Origin: Desulfobacterales bacterium
GTDB taxonomy: Bacteria; Desulfobacterota; Desulfobacteria; Desulfobacterales; UBA5852
NCBI GenBank assembly: GCA_963674755.2
Contig: CAXXVS010000003.1
Span: forward strand, 1,504,001 to 1,568,000
Length of the DNA stretch: 64,000 nucleotides
Reading direction: 5' to 3'
Part shown: one piece after another, positions 9,572-18,480 of the stretch
Position numbering within the stretch: the first letter of the stretch is position 1
Layout: the number at the start of each line of letters is the position of its first letter
The notes under the pieces: generated by a model
The model's database searches: none
Told to the model about the DNA's origin: nothing
The model's input: only the letters and a program-made list of their open reading frames with translations
Program-made: the position numbers and the translations under genes

Positions 9572-10396
9572 ATGAAATGGGCCCCCGAAGCGGAAAAGGC
9601 TATCAGAAAAGTCCCCTTTTTTGTACGTAAGCGCGTGCGGGCCAGAGTCGAGCGCGAAGCCGCGGCCGCGGGTAAGCCGGTGGTGACCCTGGCGGAGGTC
9701 CAGGCCACCCAGCGGTGCTACCTGAACACGATGGAAACGGAGATGCTCGGCTACCAGCTGGACAATTGTTTCGGACCCAGCGGATGCCCCAACCGCGCCG
9801 TCGAGAGCGATCAGCTTGTGCCGCGTATCCAGACCTTGCTGGAGGAGGCCGACCTGCTGGGATTCCTCAAGGACACCGTCCGCGGAAAACTGCGGTTTCA
9901 CCACGAGCTGCGGATTGCCGTGGCCGACTGTCCCAATGCCTGCTCACAACCCCAGATCAAGGATATCGGCGTCATCGGCGCCTGCCATCCAGGGGTGACC
10001 ACAAACGAATGCACCTGCTGCGGTGCCTGCGAGGCGGCCTGCCCCGAGGCGGCTGTCACGATCGATAACGCCGCGGCAGGGCCCTGCATTGCCGAACAAT
10101 GCATGGCCTGCGGCAAATGCGTGGCCGCCTGCCCCACCGGCACGCTGGCCGCCGGCTGTACCGGCTACCGCGTGCAATTGGGCGGCAAGTTGGGCCGCCA
10201 TCCGCGTTTGGCCGCCGAACTGCCGGGTATTTACGACGCTGATAGCGTGCTCGCCATCATCCGCGATTGCCTTGCCCTATACAAATCACGCAGCCGCAAC
10301 GGCCGGCGTTTCGCCGAACTGCTGACAGCGGCGGATATCGAGTGCTATGGACGCCACGGACGCTTCCCGGAGGAAGACGCCGTTAACCGATCCTGA
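9572..10396 (+). CDS. Sulfite-reductase-like 4Fe-4S protein with N-terminal PCP_red-like domain
   Basis: MKWAPEAEKAIRKVPFFVR N-terminus; CFGPSGCPN and DCPNACSQPQIKDIG; two ferredoxin CxxCxxCxxxCP motifs; GGKLGRHP. Confidence 0.8.
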   Translation: MKWAPEAEKAIRKVPFFVRKRVRARVEREAAAAGKPVVTLAEVQATQRCYLNTMETEMLGYQLDNCFGPSGCPNRAVESDQLVPRIQTLLEEADLLGFLKDTVRGKLRFHHELRIAVADCPNACSQPQIKDIGVIGACHPGVTTNECTCCGACEAACPEAAVTIDNAAAGPCIAEQCMACGKCVAACPTGTLAAGCTGYRVQLGGKLGRHPRLAAELPGIYDADSVLAIIRDCLALYKSRSRNGRRFAELLTAADIECYGRHGRFPEEDAVNRS

Positions 10397-10519
10397 ATTG
10401 ACTTGTCACGGCATGGCCTTATCCTGTGGGGCAGGGAACAGGCCCAACGCCTGCCATCAGGCCGGGAGGGCAGGGAACTGCCCCGGCCGGCAACAACCCT
10501 ATGGATCGGAGGAATCACC

Positions 10520-10690
10520 ATGAGAAATGTCGATAAACAAACCTTGAACTGCCTGAATTCGGAAAGGCAGCAATTGATCGATGAGGTCCGCCGCTGTGAT
10601 TTCTGCTCTGCGAACATGGAAGACCACAGCCGCTGTTACGAGGACGCGGCCCGCGAGAGCGGCGCACGTTCCAAGAGCTGTTTTATTTGA
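10520..10690 (+). CDS. Small Cys-containing hypothetical protein (56 aa)
   Basis: GGAGG RBS; upstream TTGACT-N16-TATCCT promoter-like site at 10398-10425. Confidence 0.6.
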   Translation: MRNVDKQTLNCLNSERQQLIDEVRRCDFCSANMEDHSRCYEDAARESGARSKSCFI

Positions 10691-10798
10691 GCCGTGGTTG
10701 CGTCTAACCAGGCCAGCGGGATTCACCATCGAAAGTCCGGCTATGCCGGACTTTCGATTTCCCAACGGGCCAGCGGACAGGGAAATCAGGAGGTCGCC

Positions 10799-11002
10799 AT
10801 GTCCAAACAAACATTTCATATCCCCAATATTTCCTGTGGTCATTGTGTCATGACCATCAAAAACGAATTAGGTGAACTGACGGGCGTCCAGTCGGTGGAC
10901 GGCACCCCGGATACCAAAACCGTGGTGGTCGAATGGGAGGCCCCGGCCTCGGAGGAGGCCATCCGCGACTGTCTGCGGGAAATCAATTACCCCGCCGAGT
11001 GA
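10799..11002 (+). CDS. Heavy-metal-associated (CopZ-like) chaperone
   Basis: PNISCGHCV HMA motif; AGGAGG RBS. Confidence 0.9.
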   Translation: MSKQTFHIPNISCGHCVMTIKNELGELTGVQSVDGTPDTKTVVVEWEAPASEEAIRDCLREINYPAE

Positions 11003-11437
11003 GTTCAAGCAGGGTCGTTGCGCCGTCCCCTGGCGGTATGGCCTCAGGCCAACGGTGCCATGAGTCCGGCGTGGTGGCTTGCGGCGACTGGAGCGGGGCG
11101 TTACCCCATTGCCCGCCGGGAGCCTGCCTACCTTACTGGATATGGGGCGGCGCCAGCGGCGTTTCATCCCGGTTTTTTTGGCCATGGTGTTCATCAGGAA
11201 TTTGGTATGGACGCCCCCGTCCCCCGCTTCCAATGTTTCGACGCCCATGATTAAATTCCCTGGCCGACCGGCGCAAACCCAAGCATGAAGGCCAGCGATG
11301 GGCAGGATTCGGTTGACTTGCCCGCGCATCTCTATTTATATGGTCCGCACCGGAAATGGATGCCCATCGATGCTGTCAGTCGTTTTGATGAGAAGCGCCC
11401 TGGCGTGTAGTCTGCGCCTTTCACGGATTGCCGACGA

Positions 11438-12820
11438 ATGCTATTCAACTCTTACGTTTTTATCGGCCTGTTTCTGCCGGCCTGCCTGATCGTTTACTAC
11501 CTTTTTTACCGGAAAAGAACCGAGCGGCTTCTCGTCCTCCTGGTGGCGAGCTTCATCTTCTATGGTTATTGGGACTACCGTCTTTTGCCCTTGTTTGCCG
11601 GTTCCATATTAGGCAACTGGCTCATCGCCAAATGGTATTACCGCACAGCCCACAAATTCGCTATTCCGTTGGGCGTCTTTTTCAACGTTCTGCTGATTGC
11701 CATTTTTAAGTATGCGGATTTCCTGGCGGATTCCTTCGCCTACGTCACCGGGGCCAACCGGACGCCATGGGAGATCATCCTCCCCCTGGGGATCAGTTTC
11801 TTCACCTTTCAGCAGATTTCCTACCTGGTCGACCTGAAAAGAGCACGAGAAAATTTTCGCCCGTTGCACGAATACGCCCTGTACGTATCGTTTTTTCCGC
11901 AACTAATTGCCGGCCCCATCGTGCGGTGTTCGGAAATTGTGACCCAGTACGATCTCAACCCCATGCGCTCCGGTCTGTACGAGCGTCTCTCCAAGGGCTC
12001 CATGCTGTTTATTATCGGCCTGATGAAAAAGGTCTTTATCGCTGATCCGTTGGCGAGCACCGTGACGCCTATTTTTAACCATACCGCGGTTTCCGGGGCG
12101 GTATCGATGGCCGATGCGTGGCTGGCCAGCATCAACTATATGGCACAACTTTATTTCGATTTCTCCGGGTATTCGGACATGGCCGTGGGGCTCGGCCTCC
12201 TCTTTGGGTTTCAATTGCCCTTTAATTTCAACATTCCCTACATTTCCAAGTCGATCAGCGAGTTCTGGCTACGATGGCATTTGACCCTGTCCCGGTTTTT
12301 GCGGGATTATCTGTATATTCCGCTGGGCGGCAGCCGTCACGGTCTGCAACGGCAGATGCTGGCCCTGTTTATCACGATGTTCCTGGCCGGTTTATGGCAC
12401 GGGGCCGGCTGGGTCTATGCCGTGTTCGGCATCCTTCACGGATTGGCGCTTTGTATCAATCATTTGTGGCGCAAGGCCGGGTTCCGGCTCCCGACATTGC
12501 TGGCGTGGCTTACATTCATGATTTTTTTCATTACGTCACTGGCCATCTTTCGCTCTGCCAATATCGCTACTTCGCTGGTAATGGTGAAATCCATGTTTGG
12601 CCTGGATGGGTTTTCCTTTGCAACCAAAGGCGATTATAATGAAGGGTTATTGATTGCGGGTATTCTCATATCCATGGTGGGACCCACCAGCCAGGATGTG
12701 GTCCTTCGCGATCTACGCCCCTCCCCTCTGCTGGCAATAGCGATGTCGGCGGCGATGATCTATACGGTTTTGACGATTGGGAACCATGGCTATTCGGAAT
12801 TTATTTACTTTCAGTTCTGA
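11438..12820 (+). CDS. MBOAT family O-acyltransferase (AlgI/DltB-like)
   Basis: MLFNS, LPLGISFFTFQ, FFPQLIAGPIVR, YFDFSGYSDMA, GLWHGAGW, FIYFQF. Confidence 0.93.
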   Translation: MLFNSYVFIGLFLPACLIVYYLFYRKRTERLLVLLVASFIFYGYWDYRLLPLFAGSILGNWLIAKWYYRTAHKFAIPLGVFFNVLLIAIFKYADFLADSFAYVTGANRTPWEIILPLGISFFTFQQISYLVDLKRARENFRPLHEYALYVSFFPQLIAGPIVRCSEIVTQYDLNPMRSGLYERLSKGSMLFIIGLMKKVFIADPLASTVTPIFNHTAVSGAVSMADAWLASINYMAQLYFDFSGYSDMAVGLGLLFGFQLPFNFNIPYISKSISEFWLRWHLTLSRFLRDYLYIPLGGSRHGLQRQMLALFITMFLAGLWHGAGWVYAVFGILHGLALCINHLWRKAGFRLPTLLAWLTFMIFFITSLAIFRSANIATSLVMVKSMFGLDGFSFATKGDYNEGLLIAGILISMVGPTSQDVVLRDLRPSPLLAIAMSAAMIYTVLTIGNHGYSEFIYFQF

Positions 12821-13949
12821 GGACGGCTGGAAGTCTTACTGGAAAACCTTTCTGCTGACCGGCCTAAGCGTCACCCTGCTGATTTACGGGTCGTTTTATA
12901 TTATCGATCCTTATGACTGCTACCCGTTTTCCATCGAGGGCGAAAGGGTGCCGGTATCCAGCGACGCACGCTATTTTCACACCCTGCTGGCCCGCAGCGA
13001 CCGTTTCGACAGCGCCATCATCGGTGCCTCTACCAGCCGTAACCTGCAACCCCATCAACTGAATCCCCTTTTTCAGTCGGCGTTTGTTAACCTGGCCTTT
13101 AATTCGGCATCGGCCTACGAGCAGGACCGGATGCTCGATCTTTTCATCCGTCACCATGCCAACGTCAAAACCATCATCTGGGGTTTGGACATGGTCTGGT
13201 ACACGACCCAGGATGAGTATCGCCGGTTCACTAGACCAGACGAAGATTTTCCGGAGTGGCTCTATCTACCGGATGCCGACCGCTGGAAGCAGCCCCTGGC
13301 GTTTAATCTGAAAAATATCGAACACAGTTTCAATCAACTCTTGTTCATGCTGGGCCTTAAACAGTTCGAATATGGGTTGGACGGTTTCACGCCTTATCAC
13401 AGGAGGAAACCAATGACATTGGAGCAAAAACGGATGAGGATCTATGGCTCAAAGTCGCCCAAGGTGAAAAAGGCTGTTTATCCTCCGACGGTGTTGTCAC
13501 CGGAAAAGCTGGCCAGCCTCGTTTTCCCGGCGGAGGTGATCCTGAAGGCCGGTCTGGACCGCCTCCCGGATCGAACGGAAAAAATCCTTTTTTTCCCGCC
13601 CTACCACTATTATCACCAACCTGCGGAGGGCAGCCGTGAGGCGCTCGTCCTGGCGGAATTTCAACGCCGGGTGGCCCGTTTGGCCGAGCGTTACCATAAT
13701 ATTTACGTCTTGGATTTTATGATCCGATCGCCTTTCACCACCAACGATGATTTATATTTCGATAATATCCACACCACCCCGAAAGGCGGCCTGGAACTGG
13801 GCGATCAATTGTTTCAAGCAACCCAGCACGACGACCGGCCGGATAGTCGTGTATTATACCGGGTGCACCCACCGAAAAGCGCCCCCAGCGATCATCAACT
13901 GAAAGCCAGCTTCCGCAAAAACGGCGCTCTTTCCCGGAAGTCCCCCTGA
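12786..13949 (+). CDS. Membrane-anchored SGNH-like partner of the MBOAT (AlgJ/DltD-like)
   Basis: N-terminal TM helix with IIDPY; IIGASTS; FDNIH (DxxH); overlaps the MBOAT 3' end. Confidence 0.7.
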   Translation: MAIRNLFTFSSEDGWKSYWKTFLLTGLSVTLLIYGSFYIIDPYDCYPFSIEGERVPVSSDARYFHTLLARSDRFDSAIIGASTSRNLQPHQLNPLFQSAFVNLAFNSASAYEQDRMLDLFIRHHANVKTIIWGLDMVWYTTQDEYRRFTRPDEDFPEWLYLPDADRWKQPLAFNLKNIEHSFNQLLFMLGLKQFEYGLDGFTPYHRRKPMTLEQKRMRIYGSKSPKVKKAVYPPTVLSPEKLASLVFPAEVILKAGLDRLPDRTEKILFFPPYHYYHQPAEGSREALVLAEFQRRVARLAERYHNIYVLDFMIRSPFTTNDDLYFDNIHTTPKGGLELGDQLFQATQHDDRPDSRVLYRVHPPKSAPSDHQLKASFRKNGALSRKSP

Positions 13950-14009
13950 CGCAACCGTTCCCGGATTCCATCTTCCCCTTCTGCCCGCGATGTCCCCATC
14001 GGGAAAATT

Positions 14010-14038
14010 TGTAACCAAAAAGGGCGATAGCGGTCTAT
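14010..14038 (+). promoter_or_regulatory. Putative ECF sigma promoter
   Basis: TGTAACC-N16-GTCTAT, matching the AAC(-35)/GTC(-10) ECF pattern, upstream of the ECF operon. Confidence 0.55.
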
Positions 14039-14206
14039 ATCCCTGTTATGGCAACATTCGTTTTATAGAGAAGGGCCTTTCCCATTCCTGGACATCCTGC
14101 ATCGGGCCGCCGTGAGGCTTTTTCTCCTGATGGGGTTCTGGGGCCTGGACACCAAAAAACGGTGGACAAAACTACGCCAAATCATTATGGATAAGGAGTT
14201 AATGCG

Positions 14207-14374
14207 ATGGGAGAATTATTGCTGCCGCTGATTGTGCTGGGCGTGTGGTTCGTGCTGCAAATCTATATCCTGCCCAAATTCGGCGTCTCGACGTGAATGC
14301 GCAATGCTTGTCAGTTGACAAGCAAGGATGAGCCGACAGGAGACCATGAAGGGGAAGACCACCGTACGGGATGA
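14207..14374 (+). CDS. Putative small membrane selenoprotein (55 aa, Sec at codon 30), not in the ORF track
   Basis: AAGGAG RBS; MGELLLPLIVLGVWFVLQIYILPKFGVST-UGA-MRNACQ...; hairpin TGCTTGTC-AGTT-GACAAGCA at 14305-14324 just after the UGA. Confidence 0.65.
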
Positions 14375-14960
14375 GGATTTCGAACTGGTCCAGGCCATCA
14401 ACAGCGGCCGGACCGAGCTGTTTTCAAAGCTGGTGGAGAAATACCAGCAAAAGCTCTACAATTTCGGTATGCGCATGTGTGGGGAACCCCGCGATGCGGA
14501 AGATCTCGTCCAGGAGACCTTTCTGACGGTCTATCGCTACTTGAGCGGGTTTCGCTATGAAACCAAATTCAAGAACTGGATGTACCGGGTCGCCACCACG
14601 ACGTGCATCAAAGCCAAACGCAAGCCCAAACATGCCCCGGATTACGAATTGTCGCTGGAGGATTATTTGCCTGGCGAGGGGGAGGATCTCCCCGACCAGG
14701 CTCCCGGCTGGGCCCAGCGCCCTCTGGACCAGCTTTTGAACGAAGAACTGGCCCGCCGCATCGAACAGGCGGTCTTAGAATTACCCAAAAAATACCGCAT
14801 GGTGGCGGTGTTAAGAGATCAGGAGGGCTTTTCCACCGAAGAAACCGCTCAGATACTCGACATCTCCGTAGCCAACACCAAGGTCCGTTTGCATCGGGCC
14901 CGCCTTTTCCTGCGGGAGAAACTCAAAGGATATTTCGATCATGAGCCAACACCGGCATGA
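14346..14960 (+). CDS. ECF sigma-70 family RNA polymerase sigma factor
   Basis: DAEDLVQETF region 2, FKNWMYRVA, and region 4 ETAQILDISVANTKVRLHRAR. Confidence 0.93.
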   Translation: MKGKTTVRDEDFELVQAINSGRTELFSKLVEKYQQKLYNFGMRMCGEPRDAEDLVQETFLTVYRYLSGFRYETKFKNWMYRVATTTCIKAKRKPKHAPDYELSLEDYLPGEGEDLPDQAPGWAQRPLDQLLNEELARRIEQAVLELPKKYRMVAVLRDQEGFSTEETAQILDISVANTKVRLHRARLFLREKLKGYFDHEPTPA

Positions 14961-15195
14961 CCATCACAATTGCATGGCGTTGTTCGAGAAGATGTCGGAG
15001 TATATCGATCGTGAACTGAGCGCTGAGGACCGGGCCCAGGTCGAAGCCCACATTCGGGCCTGCTGCCAGTGCCAGGCCTGCTACGAGACGCTGCAGCGCA
15101 CGGTGGACCTGTGCCGCTCGTCTACCCAGGATTACCCCATGCCCGACACCCTTACCGCCAAGCTGCGCGCGTTGATCGAAGCGGGTGGTCACTGA
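14941..15195 (+). CDS. Soluble zinc-finger (ZAS / zf-HC2) anti-sigma factor
   Basis: C...MSEYIDREL...EAHIRACCQC (HxxxCxxC); overlaps the sigma gene end; no TM helix. Confidence 0.88.
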   Translation: MSQHRHDHHNCMALFEKMSEYIDRELSAEDRAQVEAHIRACCQCQACYETLQRTVDLCRSSTQDYPMPDTLTAKLRALIEAGGH

Positions 15196-15317
15196 GGTCT
15201 ATGCGCCATCGGCAGGTTATCCCAAGCCCACCCCCTGGGATGTTTTTGGGGCCTGCTTTTCGCCACGGCCTTAAGGCCTCTTATCGATTGGTTCCGGGAT
15301 TGGCGGCTGAGAGGGAT

Positions 15318-16079
15318 TCAGGTCCCGGAGCGTTCCACCAGAATTTTCGCCGCTTCTTCGGTGCTGAGGGAGAGGCGGTAACCCCGCACCTTGATGTCGA
15401 TGGCACCGGTATCGGTGTCGGTCCGCAGGACTTCCACGATCCCGCCGGGCGTGATTTCCAGATCGGCCAGCTTTTTGCTGATTCCCCCCCGGCCCCTGAT
15501 TTTGACGATCTTGCCGCGTTGATGGCGGCGCAGGTCGTTCAGGGGGATGGTGTCCAGCTGGTCCCCCTCGATATCCTTCTGGCGTTGCCTTAGGTCTTCG
15601 AGACAGCGGGCCAGGGAATCCTGGCAGGTGACAGCGCCTTCCTGGCGGCAGTGATTGTTGAAGCCCTGGATCAGACTTTCACCGCCCCGGGGACAGATTT
15701 CGATAAATTCCACGAACCGGATGAGACGGTCCAGAATGGTGCGGGATACGGCATGCTCCATTTTGCATGCGGCCTCCGAAGCCTCGGCTTTGTCGACGCA
15801 GAGTACTTTGGTGAAGAAGTCCATCAGGGCTTCATGCCGTCGGACCACGTCTTCGGCGTGTTTGTGTCCCTTGGAAGTCAGGGTGATGACATCATAAGGG
15901 GCGTAATTGATGTAGCCCCTCTCGGAGAGGGTGCGCAGGGCTCCGGTGACCGATGAATTATTGACACGCAGCCGTTTGGCGATGTCTTTGGCACGGGCGG
16001 CTTGTTTGGCCATGACAATGTGGTAAATTGCCTCCAGGTAATCTTCCATGCTCGCGCTGAGTTCGTCCACCGGGCTCAT
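15318..16079 (-). CDS. DtxR/MntR family metal-dependent regulator with C-terminal FeoA domain
   Basis: SMEDYLEAIY, RRHE, ACKMEH; C-terminal FeoA-like SH3 domain (VRGYRLSL). Confidence 0.9.
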   Translation of the reverse strand: MSPVDELSASMEDYLEAIYHIVMAKQAARAKDIAKRLRVNNSSVTGALRTLSERGYINYAPYDVITLTSKGHKHAEDVVRRHEALMDFFTKVLCVDKAEASEAACKMEHAVSRTILDRLIRFVEFIEICPRGGESLIQGFNNHCRQEGAVTCQDSLARCLEDLRQRQKDIEGDQLDTIPLNDLRRHQRGKIVKIRGRGGISKKLADLEITPGGIVEVLRTDTDTGAIDIKVRGYRLSLSTEEAAKILVERSGT

Positions 16080-16360
16080 GGCTCTTTTCCTCTATAGGGG
16101 TAAAAAATTTTGGCATTCCGAAGGTTACTTGATCGGACGATGACCTGTCAAATCCTTTCTATGATAGCCATTTGCCCGCCTTTGGCCCCGATCGCTTTCC
16201 GAGCGACCCTTGGCAGGAGTGGCGTTTAGTGTTAATTTGATGACGGTAAATTTCCGCGTGCGTGTTGCCGCGGCCGCTTTCGGGGTAGCGAGGCGCCCGA
16301 AGGGCGGACCGGCGGTTTCGGAATTTCTCCCCATTTTTTTCAACCGGCAAGGAGGACAGG

Positions 16361-16933
16361 TTGCGCAAGACAGTGATGATGTTGATGGCAGGACTAATGC
16401 TGGCGGTGGCGGGCAGTGCCTGGGCGGCCAGCCCGCGGGTCAAATTGGAAACCAGTATGGGGGTCATCGTGCTGGAGCTGGCGCCCCATCGGGCACCCAA
16501 GACGGTGGACAATTTCCTGCAGTATGTCAAAGACGGGTTTTACGACGGCACGATTTTTCACCGGGTGATCAAGGGCTTCATGATACAGGGCGGCGGTCTG
16601 ACGGAAGCCATGGAGACCAAGCCGACCCGGGCGCCCATCCCGAATGAGGCCGACAACGGCCTCAAAAACCGGCGGGGCAGTATTGCCATGGCGCGCACCG
16701 GCGATCCCCAATCGGCTACGGCCCAGTTTTTTATCAACACCGTCGACAACCCTGCGCTGAATTTCCGGGACAAGACTGTTCAGGGGTGGGGTTATTGCGT
16801 TTTCGGGCGGGTGGTGCAGGGCATGGATGTGGTCGATGCCATCGCCGGGGTTCATACGGGCCGGCGCGCGGGCTACCAGGATGTGCCGCGGAAACCTGTG
16901 CTGATCCAAAAGGCCACGCTTGTCACACCGTGA
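16361..16933 (+). CDS. ppiA: Exported cyclophilin-type peptidyl-prolyl isomerase
   Basis: Signal peptide; FHRVIKGFMIQGGG, IAMART, QFFIN, GYCVFG. Confidence 0.92.
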   Translation: MRKTVMMLMAGLMLAVAGSAWAASPRVKLETSMGVIVLELAPHRAPKTVDNFLQYVKDGFYDGTIFHRVIKGFMIQGGGLTEAMETKPTRAPIPNEADNGLKNRRGSIAMARTGDPQSATAQFFINTVDNPALNFRDKTVQGWGYCVFGRVVQGMDVVDAIAGVHTGRRAGYQDVPRKPVLIQKATLVTP

Positions 16934-16994
16934 GATGCGGCGGCCGTTTTGACGGGATCGGACGATAGTTGGCCAGGAAAGCGACGGATGTTCC

Positions 16995-17894
16995 ATGATG
17001 ATGAAGCAGAAGAAGAGACAGGATAAAATCGGGCGCAACGACCCATGTCCCTGCGGGAGCGGGAAGAAATACAAAAATTGCTGCATGGACCGATCGGCGC
17101 CCTCCCCCGATGCCTTTAGACAGCTTTACCAGAAACGTTACAATATCCGGTTGAAGACCCCCGCCGACGTCGAAAAGATCCGGCAGGCCGGCCAACTGGT
17201 CATGGCGACGTTCAAAGAGGTGGAGGCGGTGCTGCGACCCGGCCTCGTCACCGACGAGATCAATACCATCGTGCACGACTTCACGATTCGCCACGGGGCG
17301 ACGCCGGCACCGTTGAACTACCGCGGTTTTCCCAAAAGCGTCTGCGTTTCCATCAACGAGGTGATCTGCCACGGCATTCCCGGCCCGCGGGAGCTCAAGG
17401 ACGGCGATATCGTCAATATCGATATCACCTCCATCCTGGACGGCTACTATGCGGATGCCAACCAGACCTATTTTATTGGCACCCCCGGGGAAGACGCGCT
17501 GAAAATCGTGCGGGTGGCGCGGATCTGCCTGAAAGAGGGCCTGGCCATGGTGCGTCCCGGCAACAGCATCGGCGATATCGGCTGGGCCATTCAGCAATAC
17601 GCCGAAAGTCAGGGCTGTTCCGTGGTGCGTGAATTCGTAGGCCACGGCGTGGGTTTCACTTTTCACGAAGCCCCCCAGGTGCCGCATTTCGGGCGCAGGA
17701 ACACCGGAGTACCCCTGGCCCCCGGCATGGTATTTACCGTGGAACCCATGATCAATCTGGGGGACCATCGGCTGCGTATCCTGGCGGATAAATGGACCGC
17801 GGTCACGGCCGACGGCGCTCTATCGGCCCAGTTCGAGCAGACGGTGCTGGTGACCGAGGACGGCTACGAAAGCCTGACCCCCTATGCGCTCTGA
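16995..17894 (+). CDS. map: Type I methionine aminopeptidase with N-terminal SEC-C motif
   Basis: GRNDPCPCGSGKKYKNCC; CVSINEVICHGIP, NIDIT, GHGVG..FHE, EPMIN, AQFEQT. Confidence 0.94.
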   Translation: MMMKQKKRQDKIGRNDPCPCGSGKKYKNCCMDRSAPSPDAFRQLYQKRYNIRLKTPADVEKIRQAGQLVMATFKEVEAVLRPGLVTDEINTIVHDFTIRHGATPAPLNYRGFPKSVCVSINEVICHGIPGPRELKDGDIVNIDITSILDGYYADANQTYFIGTPGEDALKIVRVARICLKEGLAMVRPGNSIGDIGWAIQQYAESQGCSVVREFVGHGVGFTFHEAPQVPHFGRRNTGVPLAPGMVFTVEPMINLGDHRLRILADKWTAVTADGALSAQFEQTVLVTEDGYESLTPYAL

Positions 17895-17996
17895 ACCCAT
17901 GGCGCGGGCTCTGATGGGTCAGACCCGCATCCCGTTGGATCATACCGAACGGCAGGTTACGGTTTTGCGCTGTAAAACCGCCCGGAAAGGAGCCCC

Positions 17997-18467
17997 ATGA
18001 TTCAGGTGGATATCCCCGGATACCGGGAGCTGCAACTGACACAGCTCGTTATGGACTACAACGGTACCCTGGCCGTGGACGGCCAGTTGGAACCCGGTGT
18101 CAAGGAGGCGCTTGCGGCCTTGACCCCCCACATCGCGATCCATGTGATCACGGCCGATACTTTCGGCCGGGCGGCCTCGCAACTCAAGGATACGCCCACC
18201 GAACTGTCGATCCTGCCGCCGGGCCACCAGGATGTGGCCAAACGCGATTTCGTCAACCGGCTGGGCTGTGCCGGAACCGTTGCCGTGGGCAACGGCCGCA
18301 ACGACCGGCTGATGCTGCAAACTGCGGAATTGGGCATCGCCGTGATCCTGCGGGAGGGGGCCGCCGCCGGAACCCTGGCCGCTGCCGATATCGTCTGCCA
18401 TGGCATCCTGCCGGCCCTGGAACTCCTGTTACACCCCCTGCGACTCACCGCGACGTTGCGTTCATGA
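17997..18467 (+). CDS. HAD-superfamily protein (soluble P-type ATPase-like)
   Basis: DYNGTLAVDG, TADTFG, GNGRND. Confidence 0.85.
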   Translation: MIQVDIPGYRELQLTQLVMDYNGTLAVDGQLEPGVKEALAALTPHIAIHVITADTFGRAASQLKDTPTELSILPPGHQDVAKRDFVNRLGCAGTVAVGNGRNDRLMLQTAELGIAVILREGAAAGTLAAADIVCHGILPALELLLHPLRLTATLRS

Positions 18468-18480
18468 GAAGGGAAATCCC

